Below, piece after piece: positions 39,922 to 48,109 of a DNA stretch of 54,675 bases (position 1 is the first letter of the stretch; each line of letters begins with the position of its first letter). The stretch covers positions 1 to 54,675 of IMG/VR virus record IMGVR_UViG_3300012348_000137. The stretch is one strand, 5' to 3'. The DNA is from a virus. Its lineage: Duplodnaviria > Caudoviricetes. The position numbers and the translations under genes were made by a program. The notes beneath the pieces were generated by a model, which saw only the letters and a list, made by a program, of their open reading frames with translations, had not been told where the DNA came from and did not search any database.

Positions 39922-40904
39922 CGGGTGTACATCGCAATGTTAGGCGCGATCATCATCGGGCTGTTGTCGCGCTCTTCCGCCTGCGCGGTGTAGAGCGCGG
40001 CCGCAGCCTTCTGGTCGAGCAGCGGGATCATCGACGGGTCGACCTCGGCAATCTCGAGGGCCAGCTTCGACGCCAGCATGGCCACGATGGCCTCATACCA
40101 GCGCTGCGGCACCTCAATCTGCTGCGTCATCGTCCCGACGTCCATGATGTAGCGCTGCACCCACAGCACGACCTGTGACGTAGTGGCGCCACTGTTCGGC
40201 ACGGGCCAGAGCCGCATCACGGGGTTCGGGATCAAGCGGTCAAACCAGAACTGCAGCGGCCGGTTCGATTGAAAGCTCTTGTTCGGCAGGTTCGTGTAGT
40301 CGTCGCGGTTCATGCGCGCCAACGGGATCTCGGTGGGTGTGTTGCCGGTGTAGATGTCGAGGTAGCTTAGGTTGCCGGCGGTGGCCCGCACGCGGAAATA
40401 CGCCGTGGCAACGCTGCTTTCGAGATCGTACCAAGTCCACTCCCCTGCGGTTGCGGTCGGCGTTTCGGTCTGAACCGTCGTCCAGACGATACTATCGACT
40501 GAGCGCTCGATTGCAATAGGGACGGACGCGCCGGCCCAGCGGATGCCGACCGTCGTCACGAAGGTGTCGCCGCCAAACGCGATGGTGTGCGTGGTGGCCG
40601 TGTCGGTCACGGTGCCGCTGACCCGCTGGAGCTGGCGCAGGTTGCTGTTCAGGACGTCGACGACCTTGGTGTCGAGCGTGAGGTAGCCCACGCCGTCATA
40701 GATCGGCAGGATCTGCTTTTCGATGCACCACAGCGGCGAGCCCATGTTCGCCAAGTCGGACAGCAGCAGGTAGAGCTGGTCATTGGCGATGTCGACGTAT
40801 TCGGCCGAGATCTGTTCGGCGCGCACACGGCAACGCCGGAAGGCATTTTCCATGACCTTCCGGGTGTTGAACACCGTCTGCGATACCGTGTTGCTGTACG
40901 CCAT
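39918..40904 (-). CDS. tail adaptor/ring protein with inserted beta-sandwich
   Basis: AF.RC..LLL.DLAN.G..LW; NR.DY.NLPNK..RP.QFW; WPVP; P.RWYEA. Confidence 0.7.
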   Translation of the reverse strand: MAYSNTVSQTVFNTRKVMENAFRRCRVRAEQISAEYVDIANDQLYLLLSDLANMGSPLWCIEKQILPIYDGVGYLTLDTKVVDVLNSNLRQLQRVSGTVTDTATTHTIAFGGDTFVTTVGIRWAGASVPIAIERSVDSIVWTTVQTETPTATAGEWTWYDLESSVATAYFRVRATAGNLSYLDIYTGNTPTEIPLARMNRDDYTNLPNKSFQSNRPLQFWFDRLIPNPVMRLWPVPNSGATTSQVVLWVQRYIMDVGTMTQQIEVPQRWYEAIVAMLASKLALEIAEVDPSMIPLLDQKAAAALYTAQAEERDNSPMMIAPNIAMYTR

Positions 40905-41015
40905 CAATCCTGCTCGCTGGGTTCATTCAGCAGCCTACTAGCGTGAGCAGGCATCTCTGGCTGGGCGACTATACCCGATGGGACGTCCGGCAACAAGCCA
41001 GACGCCTCTCGGAGA

Positions 41016-41543
41016 TTAGCACTTGCCCTTCTTGGGCATCGCGGCGAGGCCGCCCTTTTGGTACACGCCCATGAAGCGAGCCTCGTCGCCTTCCGCCTTC
41101 GACATGCGGTTGCCGCTGGCCACGCTGTCGCCGATCAGCGGCTTGCGGCGCGGCACAGGCACCGCCTTCTTCATCTCGCGCATCTCGCGCTCGGTCATGG
41201 AGCCCCTGCCGGGGAGCTTGCGGGCGAGCATGCGCTCTTCCTTGGCTTCCGTCTCCGACATGCGGTTTCCGCTTTTCGCGCTCTCACCAATCGACGGCAT
41301 CATGCCGCCGGCGGCCTTCTTGACCGGGGCCTTGCGCGCCTCGCTCATGGCGATGGCCTTGGCCTGCGCCGGCTTGGTCACCTTGGCACCGTCCTTCGAG
41401 CCGCTGTGCAGCTCGCCGCGCTTGAACTCACCCATGACCTTGGCGATCTTGGCCGCGCCCTTGACGTTGCCGCCCTTGGCGTAAGCGTCGCAGGAGCCGC
41501 CCTTCATGTACTGGACCCGAGTGCTGTCCTTGAAATCCTTCAT
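41016..41543 (-). CDS. basic small protein with DUF6496-like domain
   Basis: KIAKVMGEFKRGELHSGS..KV....QAKAIAMSEARK. Confidence 0.75.
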   Translation of the reverse strand: MKDFKDSTRVQYMKGGSCDAYAKGGNVKGAAKIAKVMGEFKRGELHSGSKDGAKVTKPAQAKAIAMSEARKAPVKKAAGGMMPSIGESAKSGNRMSETEAKEERMLARKLPGRGSMTEREMREMKKAVPVPRRKPLIGDSVASGNRMSKAEGDEARFMGVYQKGGLAAMPKKGKC

Positions 41544-41544
41544 G

Positions 41545-42621
41545 TCACTTTCCCTTCTTGCGCGCGGCAGCGATGTTGTCGACCATGTTCGGGTATGGGC
41601 GCCCAGCCGCCTTGGCGCGCCGCTTAGCTGTTGCCTTCTTTTTGACGGAAAGCGACTTCGGCTTGCCAAGATCCTCGGGCCGTTCCTTGTCCCAGACCGG
41701 CTTCACAGCGAGGCCGCCCTCAGCAAACTGTAGGCGACCACCGACGCCGATGGAGCCGCGCCGGCCGGGGCCGGCCGACACTTGGAAACGATCACCGCGC
41801 AACGCCGGGCCGACGTAGCCGGCCGTGCTGGCGAACGGCATCTGGGATCGGCCTTGCTGTGGGGCCGGCATGGGTGCCATGCGCTGGCTATACCCGCCGC
41901 CACCGCCGCCGCCCTGTGACGGCATGTCGAAGCCTGTCATTTCCTGCAAGGAAAGCAGATCAGCGCTAGGCATAATCCGCCGCCCTTCGACCTCGATCAG
42001 GCCACCCTCGGCTCGGCAGTCCCACTTGCGCAGCGCCAGCGCCTTGCGCGTCGGCTTGCCGTTCTCATCCTTCATCGGCCCTTCCATGCCACCCATGCGA
42101 GCGCAGAAGCTCTTGCGGCGGGCGGCGGATTTAGGCGATTTCTTGGCCTGCTTGGCGCTGACAGGCGGCTTGATGTCTTGGCCCTGTGCCTTTAGCGACG
42201 CCCGGCCCTTGGCGTTGAGACCGCCCTCCGGGTTTTTGCCCTCTTTGCGCGTCCACGCGCCCTTTACGGAGCCGCCTTTGGCATATTGCTGCGGCGTGAC
42301 GGCAAAAGCGCTCTGCGGGCCCATCGGAGGCTGCATCGGCTGCGCCATCGGGGCCTGCGGCGCCATCGAAGGCTGCATTTGCTGCTGAAATCCGCCCATT
42401 TGCGGTTGTTGCATGCCCATCTGGGGCTGCATTTGCTGTTGGGCACCCATCTGCTGCGGAAATCCGCCCATTTGGGGCTGCATTTGCGGCTGAGCGCCCA
42501 TCTGGGGTCGCTGCGGCATCGCCATGGGCGGCATCGACGGCGGCCGGTACACGCTCAGGACGTCATTCAGCTCGTCCCGAGCCTGCATGGCGTTCTGATC
42601 GAAGGAAAAGCCGCCGTTCAT
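41545..42621 (-). CDS. modular protein with DUF6321-like domain
   Basis: AWTRKEGKNPEGGLNAKGRAS..RRKSFCARM..ALRKWDC; M/Q/P-rich N-terminus. Confidence 0.75.
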   Translation of the reverse strand: MNGGFSFDQNAMQARDELNDVLSVYRPPSMPPMAMPQRPQMGAQPQMQPQMGGFPQQMGAQQQMQPQMGMQQPQMGGFQQQMQPSMAPQAPMAQPMQPPMGPQSAFAVTPQQYAKGGSVKGAWTRKEGKNPEGGLNAKGRASLKAQGQDIKPPVSAKQAKKSPKSAARRKSFCARMGGMEGPMKDENGKPTRKALALRKWDCRAEGGLIEVEGRRIMPSADLLSLQEMTGFDMPSQGGGGGGGYSQRMAPMPAPQQGRSQMPFASTAGYVGPALRGDRFQVSAGPGRRGSIGVGGRLQFAEGGLAVKPVWDKERPEDLGKPKSLSVKKKATAKRRAKAAGRPYPNMVDNIAAARKKGK

Positions 42622-43247
42622 CAGGCAATCCTCTGCGCGACGATCAGCATGGAAGGCACCTCTGGGCGGCTATACGGGGAAACGGTTGCACCTGTGTAAT
42701 CGAGCGTCACGTCCACGTCTGCGACAGCGACGACGACCTCAACGTACTGCCCGGCCGTCACCTGCAAAATGCCCTGCACCTGATAAAACGTGGTCCCGCC
42801 GTCTGCGAGCTTGGGGACGTTCACAAGGGTCGCGGAATATGGGATGTCGGTGCCGTCTAGGCGAAACCAGATGCTGGCGGTATGGCTCGCGCTGTCTACG
42901 TTTGCGAACTGCGCGTGGACAGCGACCTCGAAGGTGCCAGCGTTGGCGAACGTCACCCGAGTAGGGTTGCCGCCGCCATCATTCGCGACGGAGATGCCAC
43001 TGGCAATGCCGATACTACTGAAGGGTATAGTCTCCGGCGTGTTGACCGCGAACGTCACGTCGCTGGTGCTGTAGGCGATGATGTGGTCGCGGCCTACGAC
43101 AGACGCAAAGGGCACCGCAGTGGCGCTGTTGCCGATAGCGCTGGCGGCGACTTTACGGCTGCTGCCGGCCTGCACGATCTCCAGCACTTCCGTGCCGACG
43201 AGCGGCGTCGTGGCGGCCGTGAGGTCAGTGATCTTGACGTTGGCCAT
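42621..43247 (-). CDS. short fibre with C1q/TNF-like head
   Basis: MANVKITDL anchor; AGTFEV...GQYVEV beta-sandwich. Confidence 0.65.
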   Translation of the reverse strand: MANVKITDLTAATTPLVGTEVLEIVQAGSSRKVAASAIGNSATAVPFASVVGRDHIIAYSTSDVTFAVNTPETIPFSSIGIASGISVANDGGGNPTRVTFANAGTFEVAVHAQFANVDSASHTASIWFRLDGTDIPYSATLVNVPKLADGGTTFYQVQGILQVTAGQYVEVVVAVADVDVTLDYTGATVSPYSRPEVPSMLIVAQRIA

Positions 43248-43259
43248 GCTGGGAGCCTC

Positions 43260-43595
43260 TTAGGCGGTGGACTGCTGGACGACAGTGACGCGCAGCGTGC
43301 CGGTGCCGCTCGCCGTGTTGACGCGCACCGCGCGCATCAGCGTGGTCGTGAAGTGCGTCTGGTCCGTGGTCGCGCCGGTGAAGGCACCGCCTGCCGCCGG
43401 GTGCGCCACAGCAAGGCAGTCTGCCGCCGGCAGATTGAAGATGTCTTCGTTGGTGTACTCGATTGAGTAATTCGCGGTGCCGCTCAGGATGTTGGCCGAA
43501 ATGGTCGTGACCTGATTCGGCGTGTAGATGTCCAGCGGCCACCATGGGCCGGTCGACGCGCCGTCAACCGTGATCGTCTGCTGAATTGGACGCAT
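43260..43595 (-). CDS. virion structural protein
   Basis: GAGGA SD; beta-rich; in the head-tail region. Confidence 0.65.
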   Translation of the reverse strand: MRPIQQTITVDGASTGPWWPLDIYTPNQVTTISANILSGTANYSIEYTNEDIFNLPAADCLAVAHPAAGGAFTGATTDQTHFTTTLMRAVRVNTASGTGTLRVTVVQQSTA

Positions 43596-43692
43596 CGGCG
43601 TGTCCTCTGATCTGGTGGCCGCCCACTTCGGGGGATCGAGAAATGGACGGCCACGAACTTCATATCACAGTATGGCGCGAACGCCACACCGA

Positions 43693-44100
43693 TTAGGCGA
43701 CGGTGCCGCCGTAGTTGGCGACGATCATCCAGCCCAGCGTGGTGAAGTACTGCAGGGTCACGGCGTTACCGACGTCGGTGAACGTCACGGTCGCAAAGCC
43801 GGTCTTGGTGGTCGGCGTCAGGGTGCCGTCGCCGCCGTCAACGACCATGACAATGGTCAGCAGCTGACCGTTGACACCGTTGGCCAGCGTCAGGGCGTTG
43901 GCGCCGGTGGTGGTCAGACGGACAGTGGCGGCCGTGATCGGAACAGCGCCAGCGCCCGAGCGGGTGGCGACCGTACCAATGGCACGGCCGGTCAGGTCAC
44001 CCGTGACGTTGCCCGTCACGTCGCCAGTGACGTTGCCAGTGGTGGTGCCGATGAAGCCGTTGGTCGAGGTTACCGGGCCGGAAAATGTGGTCGAAGCCAT
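43693..44100 (-). CDS. capsid decoration/head fibre-like protein
   Basis: MASTTFSGPV.S.NGF; G(N/D)VT collagen-free repeats; directly after the MCP. Confidence 0.7.
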   Translation of the reverse strand: MASTTFSGPVTSTNGFIGTTTGNVTGDVTGNVTGDLTGRAIGTVATRSGAGAVPITAATVRLTTTGANALTLANGVNGQLLTIVMVVDGGDGTLTPTTKTGFATVTFTDVGNAVTLQYFTTLGWMIVANYGGTVA

Positions 44101-44107
44101 GGGCTAG

Positions 44108-44182
44108 TCCTTATGCACAAGTAGCTCGTCAGTCTGTGCATCGTCCGCTGGGCCGGTCTGACAAGCTGGGGGTCTCCCAGTT
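44108..44182 (-). ncRNA. structured RNA element downstream of the MCP (candidate Mu-gpT-DE motif)
   Basis: 10-bp stem AGCTTGTCAG/CTGACGAGCT crossed by 8-bp ATGCACAG/TTGTGCAT (pseudoknot), abutting the SD. Confidence 0.6.
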
Positions 44183-44210
44183 CAGGTGCAACATAACACA
44201 AGGGCGGCGC

Positions 44211-44250
44211 AACAAAAAGCCCCCGACGCGGGCAAGCGCCGGGGGCTCTC
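44211..44250 (-). terminator. Rho-independent terminator after the MCP
   Basis: AGCCCCCGGCGC...GCGTCGGGGGCT followed by TTTTGTT. Confidence 0.85.
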
Positions 44251-44272
44251 GTTGGACCTAAGCTTGGGAAAG

Positions 44273-45187
44273 CTAAATTCCAGGTGTACCATAAACTCCG
44301 CGCGGATCAGTCCATCCGAATGCGTAGCGCTCGGTTGCCTTGTAGCGCATGGAGTCGGTTTCGAAGTCGCCTTCCATGGACTTTTCGAGCCCACGGCGCA
44401 TGGCCAGCTTCAGGCCTTCCGGCGCGTCAGTCTGCACCCACCATGCGGTGGTTGAGGTGATACGCGACAGGTTGGCCTGACCTTCCGTCAGCAGCCCCAT
44501 GCTCTTCACGGGGTTGATGTCGTTGTCGGCGGTGCCAGCACGCAGCACGCTCTTCAGCAGCACTTCGGACTGGAACACGTTCGACGGACCGGTGACGATC
44601 TTCTTCGGCGTCAGGCGGATACGCTTGCCGTTGTTGTCAACGGCGTTGCGGATCTGGATCAGCAGCTGCTCGAGCGACGTCTGCGACAGGGCCGCAGAGA
44701 CGTTCAGACGGTTGCTGAAGGTGCCGTTCACGATGGGGTGGGCATTGCTCACCAGTTCCACACCGTCACCACCCGCATACGTCGCGTTGAACGCTCGGTT
44801 GAGGATGTTGGCGCCAAGGGTTTCCTTGGTTTCGATCAGCGACTGCGCGAGGTGACGCGCGTAGGTCTGACCGATACGGATGTGGTCGCCATCTTCCACC
44901 AGCACCTTGGTCAGGGCGAAGGCCAGACCGTAGACGCGGTAGACGTAGCGCTGGATGAACAGCACACCGCCCGACTGGTAGGTTACCGGCATGCCATCCG
45001 GCAGTTCGGGGGCAGCCCCGAAGCCGTACAGGACCGGCTCTTCTTGGTAGTTCCGGGAGATGCCCTTGAACTCCTTGAAAACCTGAGACCATTCGTCAGC
45101 ACGCTGGTCGTAGATGCCATTGAACTCTTCGTTCAGAATCGGTTCGACGATTGAACGAAAGTCGGTTGAACGCATCGGCATAGCCAT
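44273..45187 (-). CDS. major capsid protein (Mu gpT-like, HK97 fold)
   Basis: P.LN..F; DGVEL.S.AHP; C-terminal EGDFETDSMRYKATERYAFGWTDPRG. Confidence 0.9.
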   Translation of the reverse strand: MAMPMRSTDFRSIVEPILNEEFNGIYDQRADEWSQVFKEFKGISRNYQEEPVLYGFGAAPELPDGMPVTYQSGGVLFIQRYVYRVYGLAFALTKVLVEDGDHIRIGQTYARHLAQSLIETKETLGANILNRAFNATYAGGDGVELVSNAHPIVNGTFSNRLNVSAALSQTSLEQLLIQIRNAVDNNGKRIRLTPKKIVTGPSNVFQSEVLLKSVLRAGTADNDINPVKSMGLLTEGQANLSRITSTTAWWVQTDAPEGLKLAMRRGLEKSMEGDFETDSMRYKATERYAFGWTDPRGVYGTPGI

Positions 45188-45204
45188 AGTTCAAGCCCTC
45201 CTAA

Positions 45205-45780
45205 TTAAATGGCAGCTTTGTCAGCAACGAACTGATGTTCGCTGATCTGAACCTGCGCGATGACGTAAGTGTCGCCGAAGGCGTTGTCTGGGCCGGGCGT
45301 GATGCCGACAAGACGAACCGAGGCGTTGGCGGCCGACGAAGCAACGTCGAGAGCCTGAGACGACAGGCCGGTAATGGTGTTACCAGCGATGGCGGTCAGG
45401 TCGTACTGCTTGCCGATGTCTGCGACGGTCAGAGCGGCGTTGCTCTGAACTTCGTAGAAGATGGTCGGATCGAGCGTGACATAAGCCACGACATCGGTGC
45501 CGACCTGAGAGGCGGTCCACTTGTTCGACACGCGGCGGCGACCGTCGCTGTCGGTGAACTCCACGCCCTGAAACACGCCGACAAACGGCGAGCCAACAGC
45601 GGAAGCCACAATGGTGCCCTCGGTTTCACCGCCGGCGGTAGCCGGGGCGATACGAACCGGCTGGTTCTGGAAGATGTTCTGGGCATAGCCCGACGCACAC
45701 GTGAAGGCAGTGGGACGAATCACACCGCTGGGCGAGTACGCGGGGCGCAGACCGAACGGTGCATTTACCGTCATGGACAT
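45205..45780 (-). CDS. capsid-associated structural protein
   Basis: APFGLRP..GVFQGVEF..DP...YEVQ; immediately upstream of the MCP. Confidence 0.7.
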   Translation of the reverse strand: MSMTVNAPFGLRPAYSPSGVIRPTAFTCASGYAQNIFQNQPVRIAPATAGGETEGTIVASAVGSPFVGVFQGVEFTDSDGRRRVSNKWTASQVGTDVVAYVTLDPTIFYEVQSNAALTVADIGKQYDLTAIAGNTITGLSSQALDVASSAANASVRLVGITPGPDNAFGDTYVIAQVQISEHQFVADKAAI

Positions 45781-45820
45781 GAGCCAATTCCTTCATGGAA
45801 GGTTGCGAGGATCTCCACCG

Positions 45821-46333
45821 TCAGCTGAAAATGCCTCGGGTGGAGTTGTTCTGGCGCAGCATCTCCGACATACCGTCGCCCTCCCGCATCAGTTCTGCGG
45901 TTTCGGACAGCTTGTCCTCCTCACGGAGCGGGGCGTCGTGGTGAGCTTCCTGCATGTACTTGTAATACAAGGACAAGGGCAGCTTAGCCGCGATCATCTC
46001 GTTGATGGCAACACACCCTGCATATTCGCCGGTCTTCTGCGTCACGAGTTCCATCCCCGGAACGTCTTCGGCACGAACGAGTTCGTAGCCCAGACGCAAG
46101 CGGTGCTGGATCGTGTCGCCCTTGTTCGTGGTGGTCAGCCAGCAAACATGGTAGCCCGGAACATCAGGGATGTCGGGAAGTGCGTCGTTATAGAGGTGGA
46201 GTCGGAACATTTCGAGCCGTTCATCTTCCGAGAACTCGCGGTTCTGCGTGACCGCGCGATCCTGCGCTTCTCGGGGCTGACGACTATTGCCCAGTTCCTT
46301 CTTGAGGCGATCATCCATACGTTCTTCAGACAT
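45821..46333 (-). CDS. conserved-type head-module protein
   Basis: PGYHVCWL..N......R..LGYELV; AGGAGA SD. Confidence 0.7.
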   Translation of the reverse strand: MSEERMDDRLKKELGNSRQPREAQDRAVTQNREFSEDERLEMFRLHLYNDALPDIPDVPGYHVCWLTTTNKGDTIQHRLRLGYELVRAEDVPGMELVTQKTGEYAGCVAINEMIAAKLPLSLYYKYMQEAHHDAPLREEDKLSETAELMREGDGMSEMLRQNNSTRGIFS

Positions 46334-46346
46334 TAGCTCTCTCCTA

Positions 46347-47288
46347 TCAGCGAGCTGAGTTGCGGTCGTATTCTTGATACGCCTTCAAGTAGCGCTTGCG
46401 AGCGACAGGGTCGTCCCAAACACCAGCGTCGATCATAGCCTGTTTGCGTTCGGCTGTCACTACCACTTCATTCTTGGTAGTGGCAGGCGCGTACTCGCGG
46501 CTATTGCCCGTCGGCGGAGCCTTGCGGCGGCCGGCATTGCGCGATCCGGTGTCGGCTTCGGCGGGGCTCAGGCGATTGGCAACGCGGCGGGTGAGCTCGT
46601 GCCAATACTCCTCAGACGACGGGTTCCAGCCATCACGCGCCATGGCGTTGTCGATGGCCTTGGTGACGGCGCTGTCCTCGTCGCGGCCCGACGGATCGTA
46701 CCACGGGTTGGCCTGCAGCCACTGCTTCGCATAGTCGCCCACGCGGGGATCGACCTGCGGCTGCGTGGCCTGCTTGGCGGCCGTCTCGACGCGCTGCTTG
46801 TAGGCGTTGAGCTGGCCGGCGCGGGCGCGGGCATCGTCGCGGATGCGCAAGGCCTGCGCGACGTCGTCGCCGTTGCCGGCCTCGACTGCCTTGGCCAAGA
46901 TCATCTCGGCCTGCTGCGCCTCGTTCAGCGCCTGCTGCATTGCAGAGGCGATGCTGGCGGCGTTCTGCGAGAGCGTGTTGCCCTCGACGGCCGACATGCG
47001 TCGCATCAGCTCGCTGTTTTGCTGCCGCAGGAAGTCCAGCTCGCGCTGTGCGCGCTCCTTGGCTACCTTCTGCAGCTGGCGCCGCTTGACGCGGCTCTCG
47101 CGGTTCTTCTTGGTCTTGTCGACGATTTCGTCTTCCGAGTCGTCTTCCGACGTACCCATCCGCTCTTCGTAATCGTCATCGTCCTCGTCGCCGGCGTCCG
47201 GTGCCTCGGCCGAAGCCTGCCCGTCGCTGTCGGTTTCGATGGCGACAATGTCGTCCTCGTCGTCGCGTTCATTCATCAAGTCAGCCAT
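46347..47288 (-). CDS. scaffolding protein
   Basis: Acidic N-terminus, coiled coil, W..ANPWY, S.EYW.EL. Confidence 0.75.
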   Translation of the reverse strand: MADLMNERDDEDDIVAIETDSDGQASAEAPDAGDEDDDDYEERMGTSEDDSEDEIVDKTKKNRESRVKRRQLQKVAKERAQRELDFLRQQNSELMRRMSAVEGNTLSQNAASIASAMQQALNEAQQAEMILAKAVEAGNGDDVAQALRIRDDARARAGQLNAYKQRVETAAKQATQPQVDPRVGDYAKQWLQANPWYDPSGRDEDSAVTKAIDNAMARDGWNPSSEEYWHELTRRVANRLSPAEADTGSRNAGRRKAPPTGNSREYAPATTKNEVVVTAERKQAMIDAGVWDDPVARKRYLKAYQEYDRNSAR

Positions 47289-47313
47289 GACCGGCTCCTT
47301 TCAGCCTTATGGA

Positions 47314-47742
47314 TCAGACAAACGCCTTCATGGCGAGCGGGTCGCCCGTCACTGCGCCGATCAGATCCAGATCGTTGAGAATTACGAAGATGACCTCTTG
47401 ATCATCATCGATCTTTACCGTCCACTTGTCGCCGCCGTACTTGGGGACGCGGACGAAGTCCCCCGGCTTTGCCCACGCACCCTCTGGCCAAGGCTCCTGC
47501 GTGTTGCGGTTCTTGAACGCCAGATCTCCAGCGGCCACGACCATGGCCACCTGCGTGTTCCACGTCTCGGTGTCCTTGGCGTCACCCGTGAGGATGATGC
47601 CGCCCTTGGTCTTCTTCTTGGCCAGACGGATCTGGCACAGGACGCGGCTGCCGAACGGCTTCACGCCCGGATCGATTGCCGGGAACGCTTCGCTGATGTC
47701 GGCGTAGCCAAACTCTACCTTGTTCAGTACATAGTCTTGCAC
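47314..47742 (-). CDS. groES: co-chaperonin GroES (Cpn10)
   Basis: KPFGSRVL..KTKGGIIL..VVAAG..GDFV..PKYGG..ILND.DLIG; GGAGGAG SD before GTG. Confidence 0.9.
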   Translation of the reverse strand: MQDYVLNKVEFGYADISEAFPAIDPGVKPFGSRVLCQIRLAKKKTKGGIILTGDAKDTETWNTQVAMVVAAGDLAFKNRNTQEPWPEGAWAKPGDFVRVPKYGGDKWTVKIDDDQEVIFVILNDLDLIGAVTGDPLAMKAFV

Positions 47743-47763
47743 GGGTGCTCCTCCGCTCAAGGG

Positions 47764-47958
47764 TTACAGGTCAAAGTCCCTTCGCTCTTTCTCCGCCACC
47801 GTGTCGAGTAACACGGTCTTGGCAAGCTCGAGACCTGCGTAGATGCCGACGACGCGCCCGTACTCGAACGTGTCGCGGCCTTGAGGCTGCTGCAGCGCAT
47901 CGCGTGCCAGATCGGCCTGCGATTGCTCCAGTCGCTGCAGCAGAACCTCAATTCTCAT
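47764..47958 (-). CDS. small head-module protein
   Basis: EY...VG...GL..A motif; ATGA coupling. Confidence 0.7.
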   Translation of the reverse strand: MRIEVLLQRLEQSQADLARDALQQPQGRDTFEYGRVVGIYAGLELAKTVLLDTVAEKERRDFDL

Positions 47959-48095
47959 GCGGGCGTTTTGGACGAGCTCTTGCCGCCCATTGCGCCCTTG
48001 CCAGCGCCCGTCTCAACAGCGTGGCCCATCTTCAGGGCTTTGTGCATGTTGATCGGGCCCTTGCCCATTTCTTTACCTTTGGTGTCCTTCGCCAT
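47955..48095 (-). CDS. 46-aa basic K/G/M-rich protein (not in the ORF track)
   Basis: GAGGAGG SD; MAKDTKGKEMGKGPINMHKALKMG...KTPA; ATGA-coupled to the next gene. Confidence 0.7.
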   Translation of the reverse strand: MAKDTKGKEMGKGPINMHKALKMGHAVETGAGKGAMGGKSSSKTPA

Positions 48096-48109
48096 CGTTG
48101 GCCTCCTCG

